Origin: Trypanosoma brucei
Taxonomy: Eukaryota
Direction of reading: 5' to 3'
Assembly (NCBI GenBank): GCA_000002445.1
Contig: CH464491.1
Span: forward strand, 3,328,001 to 3,392,000
Length of the DNA stretch: 64,000 nucleotides
Within the stretch, counting starts at the first letter, position 1. Each line of letters starts with the position of its first letter. The notes below the pieces were generated by a model, which saw only the letters and a program-made list of their open reading frames with translations, searched no databases and was not told the DNA's origin. This document shows positions 1-10,579 of this stretch, one piece after another. Both the position numbers and the translations under genes were made by a program.

Positions 1-154
1 TATCCCGGTTCTCCTTCGTTTCATTCTGCGAGCTTCTGCACAAATATGTGAATGATGTGTTCTGTATGTCATTTTGTTATTTTTTGCCCTCCACTTCATC
101 ATTATGGTTACCCTTGGACAAGGTGATTTAGGGACTACCAAAGTGGTGTGAAAC

Positions 155-1225
155 ATGTTCGACTTGATGGCAGACGCGTGTGCCGCTTACATGGAGGACA
201 GCGAACCGACAAAAGCCAGGATTGAAAAAAACACGGAGGGCGAAGGGAGGGAGAGGAAGGGAAGAACCTCCCAATGTCCTAAAGAGCGGTGTGTGCGCCC
301 AAAAAATAACTTGGCGCAGGGTGACAAAGAATTCAAGGAACACAAACAGCGGGTGATGTCGAACCTTTCAAGCAACATGTGCGACCATAGTCCAAAAGGT
401 GGGGTTGATCGTAAGTGCCTAAAAGTGATGGAGTTACTAAACAATCACCAAGATTATGTCACAGTCAGCAGTTGTAGTGGTCGCATCGCCCTCTTCCATA
501 GCACCCCCATCCTGGAGACACTTCATGATTCTGTGAATGGCAGCTCCAGTACAAAAAGCGCAGCGGTTGTGGGGAAGCGGGGGAGCAAAGATGCCTTGGG
601 GTGGCTTGTGGTTAAACATGGTGAGCTAACGGAGGAAGAGATAAACCAAATTGTGAAAGGTCTCTGCGGAGACGAGGCCGAGGATAGTTCCAACACCCAC
701 AGCTCACCACAGGTGCGTGAGGTGGCGGAAAGAAAGTTCAACGGAGATGAGGATGAGTTGGACGGTGTTTGGATGCAAACTGGGGTCCTGGCACCAATTC
801 CACTTCCCTCGTTTGGCACTGTTACACTTAAGATGGAACCTTTCGTGATGCATGTGGCGTGCCGAACGATGGAGAGCGGGAAGCGGTTACTGACAGCTGC
901 AGCAACCGAAGCCGGTTTCCGAAACAGTGGGGTGACGCCACCGGGGAAGCGAGTCGTTTGCGCCATCCGAAATGCAACGGGGGTTGGGTTGGATATACCT
1001 CTGGTTGTTGACGGGGTGAACTATGCACGAGGTCAGCATTCCTATGTGCGTCGTTTGCTGTTGTTGGCAAACGAAAAGATGCGCAACAACGATTTGAGAC
1101 GGCACAGGTTGGAGGTGGGGGTTGCTGCGTTCCTCGAGAGAGGGCATGAAACACCGCAGTGTAGTCATGAGGAGCGTATGCGGCTGCCACCACCGTGTGT
1201 TCTCGGCAAACACCCCGATGCGTAG
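155..1225 (+). CDS. TYW3: tRNA wybutosine-synthesizing protein 3 (TYW3) homolog
   Basis: The translation aligns with human TYW3 as I remember it. Matching blocks are KGGVDRKCLKVMELLNNHQDYVTVSSCSGRIALF (human [34 protein letters not shown]), LKMEPFVMHVACR...AGFRNSGVTPPGKR (human LKFEPFVLHVQCR...SGFRNSGITVGKRG), and LLLLANEKMRNN. The ATG at 155 was checked in the sequence. The EFKEHKQR block also matches the human N-terminus, so the start is at or near 155 (alternatives are the in-frame Met residues 5 and 13). Confidence 0.75.
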   Translation: MFDLMADACAAYMEDSEPTKARIEKNTEGEGRERKGRTSQCPKERCVRPKNNLAQGDKEFKEHKQRVMSNLSSNMCDHSPKGGVDRKCLKVMELLNNHQDYVTVSSCSGRIALFHSTPILETLHDSVNGSSSTKSAAVVGKRGSKDALGWLVVKHGELTEEEINQIVKGLCGDEAEDSSNTHSSPQVREVAERKFNGDEDELDGVWMQTGVLAPIPLPSFGTVTLKMEPFVMHVACRTMESGKRLLTAAATEAGFRNSGVTPPGKRVVCAIRNATGVGLDIPLVVDGVNYARGQHSYVRRLLLLANEKMRNNDLRRHRLEVGVAAFLERGHETPQCSHEERMRLPPPCVLGKHPDA

Positions 1226-1486
1226 GATTGGAGGGAAGGGCTGCATTCGATGACTGTTGGGTGTCATACCCCTCTTTAAGGTGTCATCTGTTAATGTCTT
1301 CGTTCTGGCACGCACTTGTGCCTTCCACAAGGGTAGTGAACCATCATAGTTTCTCCCTCCCTATCTCTTTTTGGTCTTTCTACCCCATCGTCCTTTCGCC
1401 AAATGTGTTCTGCGGGCGTAGGGAACCCCAGCAGTAGAAACAGGGATCGACGACAAGAGTAGGTGCACAACAGAAGGGTGTCAAAT

Positions 1487-1924
1487 ATGGCCGCAACAAA
1501 CTCACCCACAGAAGAGGAAGTTGTTATGCGCTACCAGCAGCTCCGTCAAGAGTGCCTCGCCATGGACTCACGCATCTCCGAACTGGAGAACGAGCTGCAT
1601 GAGCACCAGTTGGTGGCGGATACTCTCAAGCCACTGAACGGTGATCGCCGGTGTCATCGCCTTGTGGGTGGGGCGCTCATTGAACGCACAGTTGCAGATA
1701 TATTACCCGAGCTTGTGGAAAATATTAAGGGTATCGAGGAGGCGTTAGCGCAGCTGAACAAGATGCTGACAGAAAAGCAAGCAGCGATGGACGAATACGC
1801 GAGGAAGCATGGTGTGACCGTAGCCCAGCGGCAGGGTCAGACCCCCGCTGGTGGAGGTGGCGCCAATAACGATGAAGGGGAAAAGAAGCCGATGGGCGCA
1901 GACAGCAGGGGTGTTCTGGTATGA
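1487..1924 (+). CDS. prefoldin beta-type subunit (prefoldin subunit 2-like)
   Basis: The protein is 145 aa from the ATG at 1487; the ORF-track start at 1463 is a GTG. The coiled-coil profile and the motif RRCHRLVGGALIERTVADILPEL are typical of prefoldin beta subunits. A short, acidic, Gly-rich C-terminal tail follows. Confidence 0.65.
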   Translation: MAATNSPTEEEVVMRYQQLRQECLAMDSRISELENELHEHQLVADTLKPLNGDRRCHRLVGGALIERTVADILPELVENIKGIEEALAQLNKMLTEKQAAMDEYARKHGVTVAQRQGQTPAGGGGANNDEGEKKPMGADSRGVLV

Positions 1925-2429
1925 GTGGTGTCCAGGGAAAGAGGTCGGCGGTGAGTCGTATAGAGTTGCGTCTGCATTTACGTGACAAATGCATATATCA
2001 TTCGAGAACCCACACATATACGCGTGCCGGCGAAGGGTTTGAGCGAAAAGAGAGGGATGGGCTGCCGACGGAGGCCGGCGAGAAGGTGCCTGTGTGGCGA
2101 CCCCCTGACGGGTTCCCATCGCCGGTGACTTGGTCGGGGAGGAGCTCTCTTTCCTGTGGTTTGAAAAAAAAAGTAATAATAATAGTAGGTAATGGGTCCA
2201 TACGCTAAGGGAGGTGCTCCCCTCCTCTTGTTCTTTTTTTCTTTAAACGGCCAATGGCAACTGTCGAGAGTGCAACCTTTGTTGTTGCTGTTGTTTCTTT
2301 GGCTGATGCGTGTTTCCACGATCAACTCTTCACATTAGCGCCTACGCACATTTGTACATGACGCGTTTTTTTTTTTCCCCCTTCTGCCTGCTCACATTTC
2401 CCCTCCCCTTTTATCTAGGCTTTGGAAAT

Positions 2430-3485
2430 ATGCAGGTTAGCGACGGCAATCCTGCCATGCCTCCACTGAGCGTCATCAAATGGTGGTATGAAAAAGATGA
2501 TGAGCAACGGCGGGCCTTTCTAGCGGCGGATAATATTTCTGAAAAGGTGCAACAAAACATTCGCGCAGTCGAGTGCTTTGCCGAACAGCACAGTTATTAC
2601 ATTATGTGCGAGACAAAGTTAGCGATACGACCCCTTCCCCCACTCTCACCGCAACCAAATCAACCGCGCTCTCGTGCATGGCTCGGTGATGTCGCTTCAG
2701 TGTGGTTACCATGTCCCGTACACGCCATCATGGATTACGGCGGGAGGTATCAGACGACAGAGCAGAGGGAGGCGCGCCGCAAAGAGGCGGAGCGGCTCAT
2801 TAGCATTATATACTCACGAACAGCTTCTGTACTGCATAGCTACTGCGGGGCCCAACAGGAAACGCAGAAGCATGCCAATGGTAAAGACAATTCATCGGAG
2901 GCGTGGAGGTCCCGCTCGGCTCGCATTCTCGTCGATGTGTTAGTTGAAGCGTCCGTTGCGGCACTGTGCCGGTTGGGTCTCACCGACGAGTTGGAGGCCA
3001 TAGAAAAACAAAAATCGAGTAGGAACGAAGCGGCGCTGGAGGTGCGTGAGGCGCCGCTATTCGCTGAAACCCCCAAACCAGTTGGGGCATGTCGTGCTGA
3101 GGCGTGGGGATGTTTAGGTTTGTGGGAGATTTTGCAGTCGAGAGTAGGAGACGTATCGGAGCTGGTGACACTTTTTTCCACCTCGGTTGCTGCAACGTCG
3201 GGTGCGAAGCGTCCGCGGGTAGACGAGTCGAACAGCAGCCCTTCCGAAGGCACTACAGAAGCGGCAAAGCCGAACCAATGGAAAGTTCTTCGTGAAGTGT
3301 TTTGCTCGCTGGTGCCCGGTACGGATTCGACACATGGCGAGCACGACTCCACTGATGATAATAACAGTAAGAGCCTATCGCTAATTCCTTGCCGTAAGGC
3401 TCCACGTATAACTATTACCGCAGCAGACGTGCGTTGTGGTATTGCGAAGGTGTTGAAGAAACACCGACCGGTGAAGCCTTTATAA
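2430..3485 (+). CDS. hypothetical protein (351 aa)
   Basis: The long ORF has ordinary protein-like composition. The ATG at 2430 sits directly after a ~50-nt polypyrimidine tract ending in AG (2370-2425), which is the classic kinetoplastid trans-splice acceptor context. The ORF track extends upstream to a GTG at 2310, and an alternative ATG lies at 2358. A KRPRVDE motif looks like an NLS. Confidence 0.5.
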   Translation: MQVSDGNPAMPPLSVIKWWYEKDDEQRRAFLAADNISEKVQQNIRAVECFAEQHSYYIMCETKLAIRPLPPLSPQPNQPRSRAWLGDVASVWLPCPVHAIMDYGGRYQTTEQREARRKEAERLISIIYSRTASVLHSYCGAQQETQKHANGKDNSSEAWRSRSARILVDVLVEASVAALCRLGLTDELEAIEKQKSSRNEAALEVREAPLFAETPKPVGACRAEAWGCLGLWEILQSRVGDVSELVTLFSTSVAATSGAKRPRVDESNSSPSEGTTEAAKPNQWKVLREVFCSLVPGTDSTHGEHDSTDDNNSKSLSLIPCRKAPRITITAADVRCGIAKVLKKHRPVKPL

Positions 3486-4203
3486 GAAGACAAAAAGAGA
3501 TTTATTTCAATAAGCGGATAGGGGAAGGCTACAGCGCCCATACCTTCATCCCCGTATGGGGAAATAAAGGATATACACGAGTTATGGAGCAAGGCATCTT
3601 TTCTTTATTAACCCTTTGTTATTTAAGGGGACCCCCTCCCCTTATCCTCCCATAGGCTTCGGAATAGTGGACACAAGCAAGGTTGCGATGCCTTGACGCA
3701 ATGGACTTTGATTTTTGTACACACCTTAAAGGGAAGGCATTGCTTCGGAGAGGAGCAGCCGAAGATTAAAGTAAAGTGAATAAGGCCACTAAGTGTTTGT
3801 GTGTTTATCTGTGGTTGGAGTGGAGTGGAGTGGATCAACTTACTAACGGTTATCATGAGTGAAACGTGTTGGTAACTGCCATACCCGGAGCACGTGTCAT
3901 TAATGATTGTATTGGGTGCAATATGCTGTGGGGTAAATTTGAGTGGGGAATTCGTTGCCGCCTCAACAGGAGATGTGGCTTTTGAGGAACAAGTGGCGCA
4001 AGGCCCAGGCCGCCGGGCGACTTCTTTCCCGCGGTTGTACAACAGAAAAGAAAAAAAAAAAGAGGCTCGATTTGTTCGATTGTTTTGTGTGTAATGGGTG
4101 TCGTTCACAGCTAAGTGATCACACAACGACCGCTCTCTGCGTCTCTACCTACACATACAAAAGGCAAAAGATACGATAGCAGGCGTGAAGAATCACTACC
4201 GGC

Positions 4204-4656
4204 ATGCACTTAACCTTAGGTGTGTTAACGGAGGATGAAGATGCCCGCACTGCCCTCAGTGAAGCTGTAGAAAACCAATGTCTGCCCCGATTTGAAAACA
4301 ACGATGGTCCCCTTTTGGATGTTTGGTTAGGTGAACGAAAACTATTTGGTCTCGTCGAGCGTGTCGCGCCGAATAACTTTCTGCAAGTTACCTCTGAGAA
4401 TGGAGGCACTGCAAAAGGCGAAAGCACTTGTGCGGATGATCCGCACGATATGCGCGTGACAGACAACGTTTCATTTATTATTCGCCTTTCATCGGTGCCA
4501 CATACGTCCCTTCAACCTGGCTTTACTGCGGAAGATGCCTTTGTGAACTGCACGCGCATTGTCATGGCTTATTCGGCACAACTGGAGCGCGGTGCGTCGG
4601 CGGAGCTCGTGGGCTCCGACGCAAGCGCTGAGTACATGCGCTTCACAGAAAAATGA
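4204..4656 (+). CDS. hypothetical small protein (150 aa)
   Basis: The ORF is in the same orientation as the surrounding cluster and the ATG was verified. The sequence is non-repetitive and of normal complexity. I recognise no family. Confidence 0.35.
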   Translation: MHLTLGVLTEDEDARTALSEAVENQCLPRFENNDGPLLDVWLGERKLFGLVERVAPNNFLQVTSENGGTAKGESTCADDPHDMRVTDNVSFIIRLSSVPHTSLQPGFTAEDAFVNCTRIVMAYSAQLERGASAELVGSDASAEYMRFTEK

Positions 4657-7600
4657 AGGGGAATGCCCCCGCTTGTGCGCATAAATGCGGGGCCAAATTA
4701 TTCAACTTTCTTATTCATGGTCGTAACAACCCCTTAATGATCGCACCTGTGAGGGCGCAGCGACCATATGCCACTGCCAACACTGCCCCAATCCCTTCTT
4801 CGTAACATTTTTTTTGTGGTTTTTCCAATGCCGCTTTATGCCTCCCGTAAACCAAGGCTGAAGGGAGATGCATAATTCCAATGGAGGGTTGCGCATCAGC
4901 GCATCCACCGCAGACCCTCAGTCACCCAAGCCTCAAGAACAGAAAGACTCCATACACCTCTGGTCGTGGGAACTGTTCGTGGATGCAAAAAGGAAGCGTT
5001 TCAAGCCTTCGGCGGTAACGGTACCCATCTCCTTTTATCTCCATTACGTAATTCAATCGTTGCATTTCCCTTTGCTGCCGCATGTTGAAAGCCGCTCTGT
5101 TGATGAACACCACTGGCGAGAAAGCTATGGAGTCGGCAGACACACTCACTTGTCATCCCCATAACATTTAGTGGTGCCAGTTAAACCCCGCGTATCACAA
5201 AAAACCCTCTTTCCGAGTGTCAATGTCCGACGGCAACCCAACACAGCATAGCAGGGTTTCGGCCGCCTTACTCTGATGCCAACATGACCGTGAGAAACTG
5301 TAGCAACGGCGCAGGCGTCACGCCCTGTGAGACTAGGAGCCCACAACCCGCGTTTTAAACTTCGGTATTAGAACCGAGGACTTCGGCCACGTCAACAAGA
5401 CAACAAACGCAAGCAACCCCCCGCATTCCACAACCTGATGGACCCTCATTGACCTTGTGAGCGAAGGGACACTCATCGGTGGCGGTTGGTACTCGGTAGT
5501 GAAAAGGAGGGGTTTAAAGGGAGGGATAATCGGCCCTCAAACTTCTAAGCTGTTTTTACTCATCTTGAACGAAGGCCACATAACACCCGGTGTTCATTTA
5601 ACACAGCGTGGAAAGCTATGGCGCCCGGACGGCTGCACCAGGGTTCTTTTGCTCGTCCCATACAAATTACTCCTTTACCAAATCTGCACCGTCCCAAGTT
5701 GGTTTCCTCCAGACCTTCCTGGTGATTCCGACCACCTCAACGTGGTGCCACTCTCGTCCGGTATCCCGTCTTATTGAGGGGAGCCAAGTGCCTGCAGCGT
5801 CTTGCTGGGACACCGTTTTTCACTTGTCCGTCCCTGGGCACGTGGCAGTGTGCCATCAGGAGTATCATCCGCATTGAGATGCTGCTGTCCAGTTATCGTG
5901 TTAGGAGGCTTATTGCCCCACCTGCCGCATGCCGTGCACTGGCAGATCTAAGACAAAAGAAAAATAATATATGGCGAGATGGTTTAAAGAAGAGACTCTC
6001 AGCCACATCTACTGGTAAGAACCAAATCGAGGCGCTTCACGGTGGTGGCCGGTAGTGGCACCAGTGGGGGAGAACTTCCGTGAAAGCACGATGAAAATTC
6101 TAAAAGAAAAAAGGGAATGAGAGATATTCAATAAGGATTTGGAATGCGTTTTGGTCTCGTGTATCTGTGAAGTTCGTTTGTTGTATGTGTTTTTTTTTAC
6201 CGACTTAAGAAGGACGGCCGACACGTTCATTGTGATTTAAGCACCTTTAATGAGACTGGCGTCGGTTCTCCGCATAACTGAAACGGAATGCAACTGGTTG
6301 AATAAGATGAACTATAGAGGGATGTGCAAAAGATGGAGGCACTGGTACGGCGCAATGTGTGAAGACGGCATAATGACCCTACACCCAAAAATATCGACAA
6401 AGTCAGAAACTGTGCTTGACGACGGTTGGGGTGAACGGGTTTGGAAGCCTCGAGGAAGTCACAAGATCGCTTGCAAGGGCAGGCAACTCTCAGGATGTAA
6501 AACCGTGTACGGCAGAGGCGTGCCAAAATATCATCTCCAGAAAACCAGAACACACATGCGGATGGAGTACCAAGGCCCGCTGGTGGTGACCGCGAGTCTG
6601 CCGAAAGCGGCAAACCGGTTAAACGAGATGTGACCGACTTGAGAACCAGCGCACCTCCGCCAAATCAAGGGAACAAGGAAGATGGCGAACAGGCTGATCA
6701 TGTCAACACGGACCAACTCCAGGAAGGACGAGAAAAGAGGACGGAAGATACGGCCACTGGAGGCGAGGGGTTCAAGGGGGGGAAAATAGCATAACAAACC
6801 GATATGAACTGGAAAGCGCTCCGTTTTTCGCTGTATTAAGGCTCACGAACAAATTAACAGTGTGAAAAAGAGTTGCGAGCTTCGCCCAAGACGTAACCCC
6901 GGGGGGGGTGGAGGTTGCACCGCAGGTAAGTCCAAGGACAGCGCGAATGCAGCGTGGGAAGCAGTGGGGAGCTCGTAACGGCCCCAAAGCACCAGAAAAC
7001 ACCAAGATCAAAGTTAATACTTGCCGCCCCACCCGAAAGTGCATGGACTAAAGATGCCCGGCAGTCCAAACCATGGTAATTCCAGAAGGTCGCTATGGCA
7101 AAGGTTTATGCATTAGACATAGGGCGGGCAAGTCACCAGGCTGTGTGGGAAAAGGCTTTCGTGCGCCGCGCAGATGATGTTCAGTTGGAGGGCGGAATAC
7201 AATTATTTGGGAAATCAGGCTGAGAAAGGTGGCGAAATAGTAATTACAAAAAAAAAACATCGACGGGAAGCACAACGGCGTGGGAGGATAACACCCAACA
7301 TTTGGGGCACCAGGCTGAAGAGGTCCATGCCGACGGTGCACTCGGCTTTTCGACCAAAAAAAGAACGAAACCTGGTGTGGACGTAAAAGGGTTGGGGTTA
7401 GGGGGGAGGGGATGCCGTGCAGCGAAAATTCCGCTCCCCAAAGGGGCTATTACCTCAAACAAGTTCCTAACAATAGGGACGGTGATATACTGTCTTTCGG
7501 CACAAAAGTGTTTATCAACATCCGAAAAAATGCGCACTAACGAAAAATAAATATCTCTTGTGCCATTTGAATTATTGATGCGTCGAAGTTGAGAGAGATG

Positions 7601-7694
7601 GCAGCCGTCTTGGGGATTGCTTTTGAGCGTAATCAAAATTGGAGGTGCACATTTCTTTGAACCTGTGTCTTTTCCTTTAACTGTTAATAGCAAG

Positions 7695-8957
7695 ATGGAG
7701 GGTTTGTGTGGGTGGTGGTGCATCCTATTTGTCGTAACAATCTCTCAAGCTGGTGAAGCACAAGAAAAACCAATTAACCGGGACGAGTTCGAAGCCCTGT
7801 GCAGGTTTATAAATCTCGCGGGAGACAGTGAGACACCAACGAAGGTTGAGAAAAATGTCAAGCGAACAGTGAAGAAAATTCTAACCGAAAGTGGGGTGGC
7901 CGATAGCAGGAAAAAGGAACTCGAAGATCTGCAAAAGCAAGCAGAGAAGTATCGAGAGGAAAACATGTCATTTTGGGAAACAGTAGGGATGGGGGAGATA
8001 AATAGGAGCTTGACGGACGCACTCTACGGGGAGAACCACAACGCCGTTGTTAAAGCACAAGGGAGTAGAGACCCCATCTGCGGCGCCAGAGAGGCGGACG
8101 CGGGTACGGAGGCAGGAAAGTCACTGGTGATCGACTTATTTTGCCTATGTTCCACATCGCCAGAACTTCACAACTTTCAGCAGATTTGCTGCGCCGACTG
8201 TCGAGGTGGAGCAAACGACCACCCCTGGATTCCTTCGGAAGATGGGAACCAGAGATGGAAGTTCCTTGCGCAAAAATGTGGAGAAACTAATCAAGGTGGA
8301 AAGCTCTCAACAGACTCCATTGAGAAGTCAGCCGAATTCTTTTTGAAAACATTGAAAAATCCCTTAGACTCAAGAGCGGAGGCACGCCGCACAGTGCTAG
8401 GAAGCACCAACGGCGATGTTAGCATTAATTGCAACGGTTGGAAAACTTCGGGAAACGGACGGTGCGTCAAATACGATCCAAACCACTTAAATGATGGGAT
8501 CCTGTCAATACCATGGTACGTAAAATTGGCGAAGGCAGCGACCCGAATGGATAAATTAATGGAAGCTGAAAAAACGTTGCGTGAGATTCTGGAAAATGTG
8601 GAGAAGTTGGAACGAAAGCAAGTCGCAATACCACCCAAACCTGCTGACGAGGGTAATGCCGTCCCGAGCGTCTCAAAAGACGTCGTAGAAAACAACAATG
8701 AAAATTCCGGCGTAAGTAATAATCGTGAGAAAAGAGAAAGCAAAGGTGAACTCAACGAAGAGAAATCACCAGGGAGTGAAAAGTCGCCGGAGGAAGTCGA
8801 CTGTGACGGCTGTAAACCCGAAGAAGGGTGTGAGGAGGGAAAATGTGAAAGCGAAAATGGGAGACACGACTCTGAAGGCACAAAAAGGCCACCTGTAAAG
8901 AGCCATTCTGCAACAATAATCGGTGGTTCGTTGAAGTTTTTCTTGCTTTTGGGATAA
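7695..8957 (+). CDS. GPI-anchored surface glycoprotein, VSG/ESAG2-like architecture
   Basis: An N-terminal signal peptide (MEGLCGWWCILFVVTISQAGEA) starts at the ATG at 7695; the track start at 7617 is a TTG. The ~330-aa ectodomain contains paired cysteines (LFCLCSTS, CCADCRGG). A Cys-rich C-terminal region (CDGCKPEEGCEEGKCE) is followed by a serine and a 15-17-aa hydrophobic tail (ATIIGGSLKFFLLLG), the form expected for a trypanosome GPI-addition signal. Confidence 0.55.
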   Translation: MEGLCGWWCILFVVTISQAGEAQEKPINRDEFEALCRFINLAGDSETPTKVEKNVKRTVKKILTESGVADSRKKELEDLQKQAEKYREENMSFWETVGMGEINRSLTDALYGENHNAVVKAQGSRDPICGAREADAGTEAGKSLVIDLFCLCSTSPELHNFQQICCADCRGGANDHPWIPSEDGNQRWKFLAQKCGETNQGGKLSTDSIEKSAEFFLKTLKNPLDSRAEARRTVLGSTNGDVSINCNGWKTSGNGRCVKYDPNHLNDGILSIPWYVKLAKAATRMDKLMEAEKTLREILENVEKLERKQVAIPPKPADEGNAVPSVSKDVVENNNENSGVSNNREKRESKGELNEEKSPGSEKSPEEVDCDGCKPEEGCEEGKCESENGRHDSEGTKRPPVKSHSATIIGGSLKFFLLLG

Positions 8958-10579
8958 AGAGTTCTCCGTAAGCTTCAAAAGAATAAAAAGGTGGTGAAGG
9001 ACACAACTCCAGTCACACAAGCGTAAAAATATTAACCACTGTACCATTCCTGAGTTGTGTGATGGGAAATGAGTTCGCCAACCCAAAGTTTGGAACAAAA
9101 ATGGCCAACTATCGGGGAGGAGGGAGGCAGCGGGTACCACTGAACCATCTCCCTAGTCGCGGTGGTTCCCAGAATATTTTTTTGACGCGTAATGCGTAAG
9201 CCCTATATTATCACCGGAACTGAAAATTTGCTCGAAATATATTGATATTTTTGTTTTAAAGTGCAACGGAAACGAAACACGACAAGTACGTATTTTTATG
9301 AACGTCTAAAAGTTTATCAACTTCTCACATGCAAATTTACTCCCGAAAACAACTATATATAAAATGAAAGTAGTTGCAAATGCGCGAAGAATTTTCTTCT
9401 CCTGTCATCAATCACCGCCCCAAAGCGCCCGTTTAGTCCGTGGGAAAAGGGAGGAAACGTCCTTGCAAAAATAAAAAAACGCCGTGTTGAGACGGTATGA
9501 AATACAAGGGTGGAGAAAGGCCGCGTCCGTCCGCTAAACATCACCCGTTATTGCGGATTGCGTGTGACACTCTCAGGAAATGTTTTCGTGTCGGGAATGG
9601 GAACGCAGAACAACAACAGCACAGTTTCACAACCCCTGTCTTCTTTAAACGCCCGTATTATGTCAAAAAAAAAAAAAGACAGTACAACTGGAGCGCCGAT
9701 ACGCGTGACGTCGGGGGTAACTCTGTCTCTCTGTTTCGCGTAATCTTATCTTATTAGTGCCATCCGATCCGTGCCAGCAAGCCGCAACACTCATGTTGAT
9801 GGAATAACTCCGCCGCCGGCACACCGCCTTCTAAGAACCCGAAAAGGCGGTTTGGAAAATGGATGGTGGGAGGTTCCGCTCGAAGGTTATTTTATCAACA
9901 GCTGCAGCCCGGCAAACTTAACATGGCGTTGAATTAACGATAGCTGAGAAACTGCGCGACACTCTTCTCGAAACCAACGGACCGCTTCTTTCAGTCCCCT
10001 TCGTGTCATTTCATGAAACCCGTCTTGTCCAAATCCCCTCTCGGAATCTCACTGCTCTCCGTCGAAACAGATGGCGCGAAGCGATCAGAAGCCGGTGGTG
10101 GGATTCGGCCACACATCCGCCAAACCTGCCGATGTGATTCGAGTCTCGTTGGGAGGGGGAAGTCACATTATGCAGGTGGATTTGACCTTATATATCACAT
10201 TTTTCCTTCCCTTTCCTCACTGATGCTAGCACAGGGGGAACGTGGAGAGAAATGGGGAAATAATGGTGTGTACAAAGCTTATTTCCTTGCTTCAGACGAA
10301 GGTAGCGGGGGCCCGCGCAGAAGCTTACATGAAAGACGTCCCTGTCAGAACTGCTGGTGTTTCCAAAGGGAAGGAAAAGACAGACTAGTGAGGCACCCTC
10401 CGCCTGTAACGGCACAGTTTGGGAAATCTTAAAAAAAAACTCCCCCAGAGGGGGGAGGGGGAAGAAATATAGAGGGCCACACCCCCTGCCTCTGATACAA
10501 CATCGTTTCGTCATGACTCCTCCACATGTATGTGTTACACCTTTCATCAGCCTCACGGTGTTTCCGGCAGGGCGCATAT
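8958..10579. terminator. convergent strand-switch region where the plus-strand and minus-strand polycistronic units meet
   Basis: The last plus-strand gene ends at 8957 and the first minus-strand gene ends at 10580 (3' end to 3' end). No credible ORF lies between them. The stretch is AT-rich at 9180-9380 and contains a perfect 7-bp hairpin at 9824-9850. Confidence 0.5.

Noticed and set aside
2840-3592. 250-aa minus-strand ORF overlapping the plus-strand gene at 2430-3485
   Set aside because: It is Ser/Thr/Ala-rich and runs against the orientation of this gene cluster. The overlapping plus-strand ORF has better composition and a splice-acceptor-like upstream tract.
3623-4126. 167-aa minus-strand ORF between plus-strand genes
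   Set aside because: It is opposite to the cluster orientation, it spans a polypyrimidine/poly(A) intergenic tract, and it is low complexity.
9121-9175. tRNA-like box-A sequence (GGTTCAGTGGTA on the minus strand) in the strand-switch region
   Set aside because: The D-stem partner (GAAC) is missing, and no T-loop GTTCGAATC or acceptor pairing is present. It is not a tRNA.
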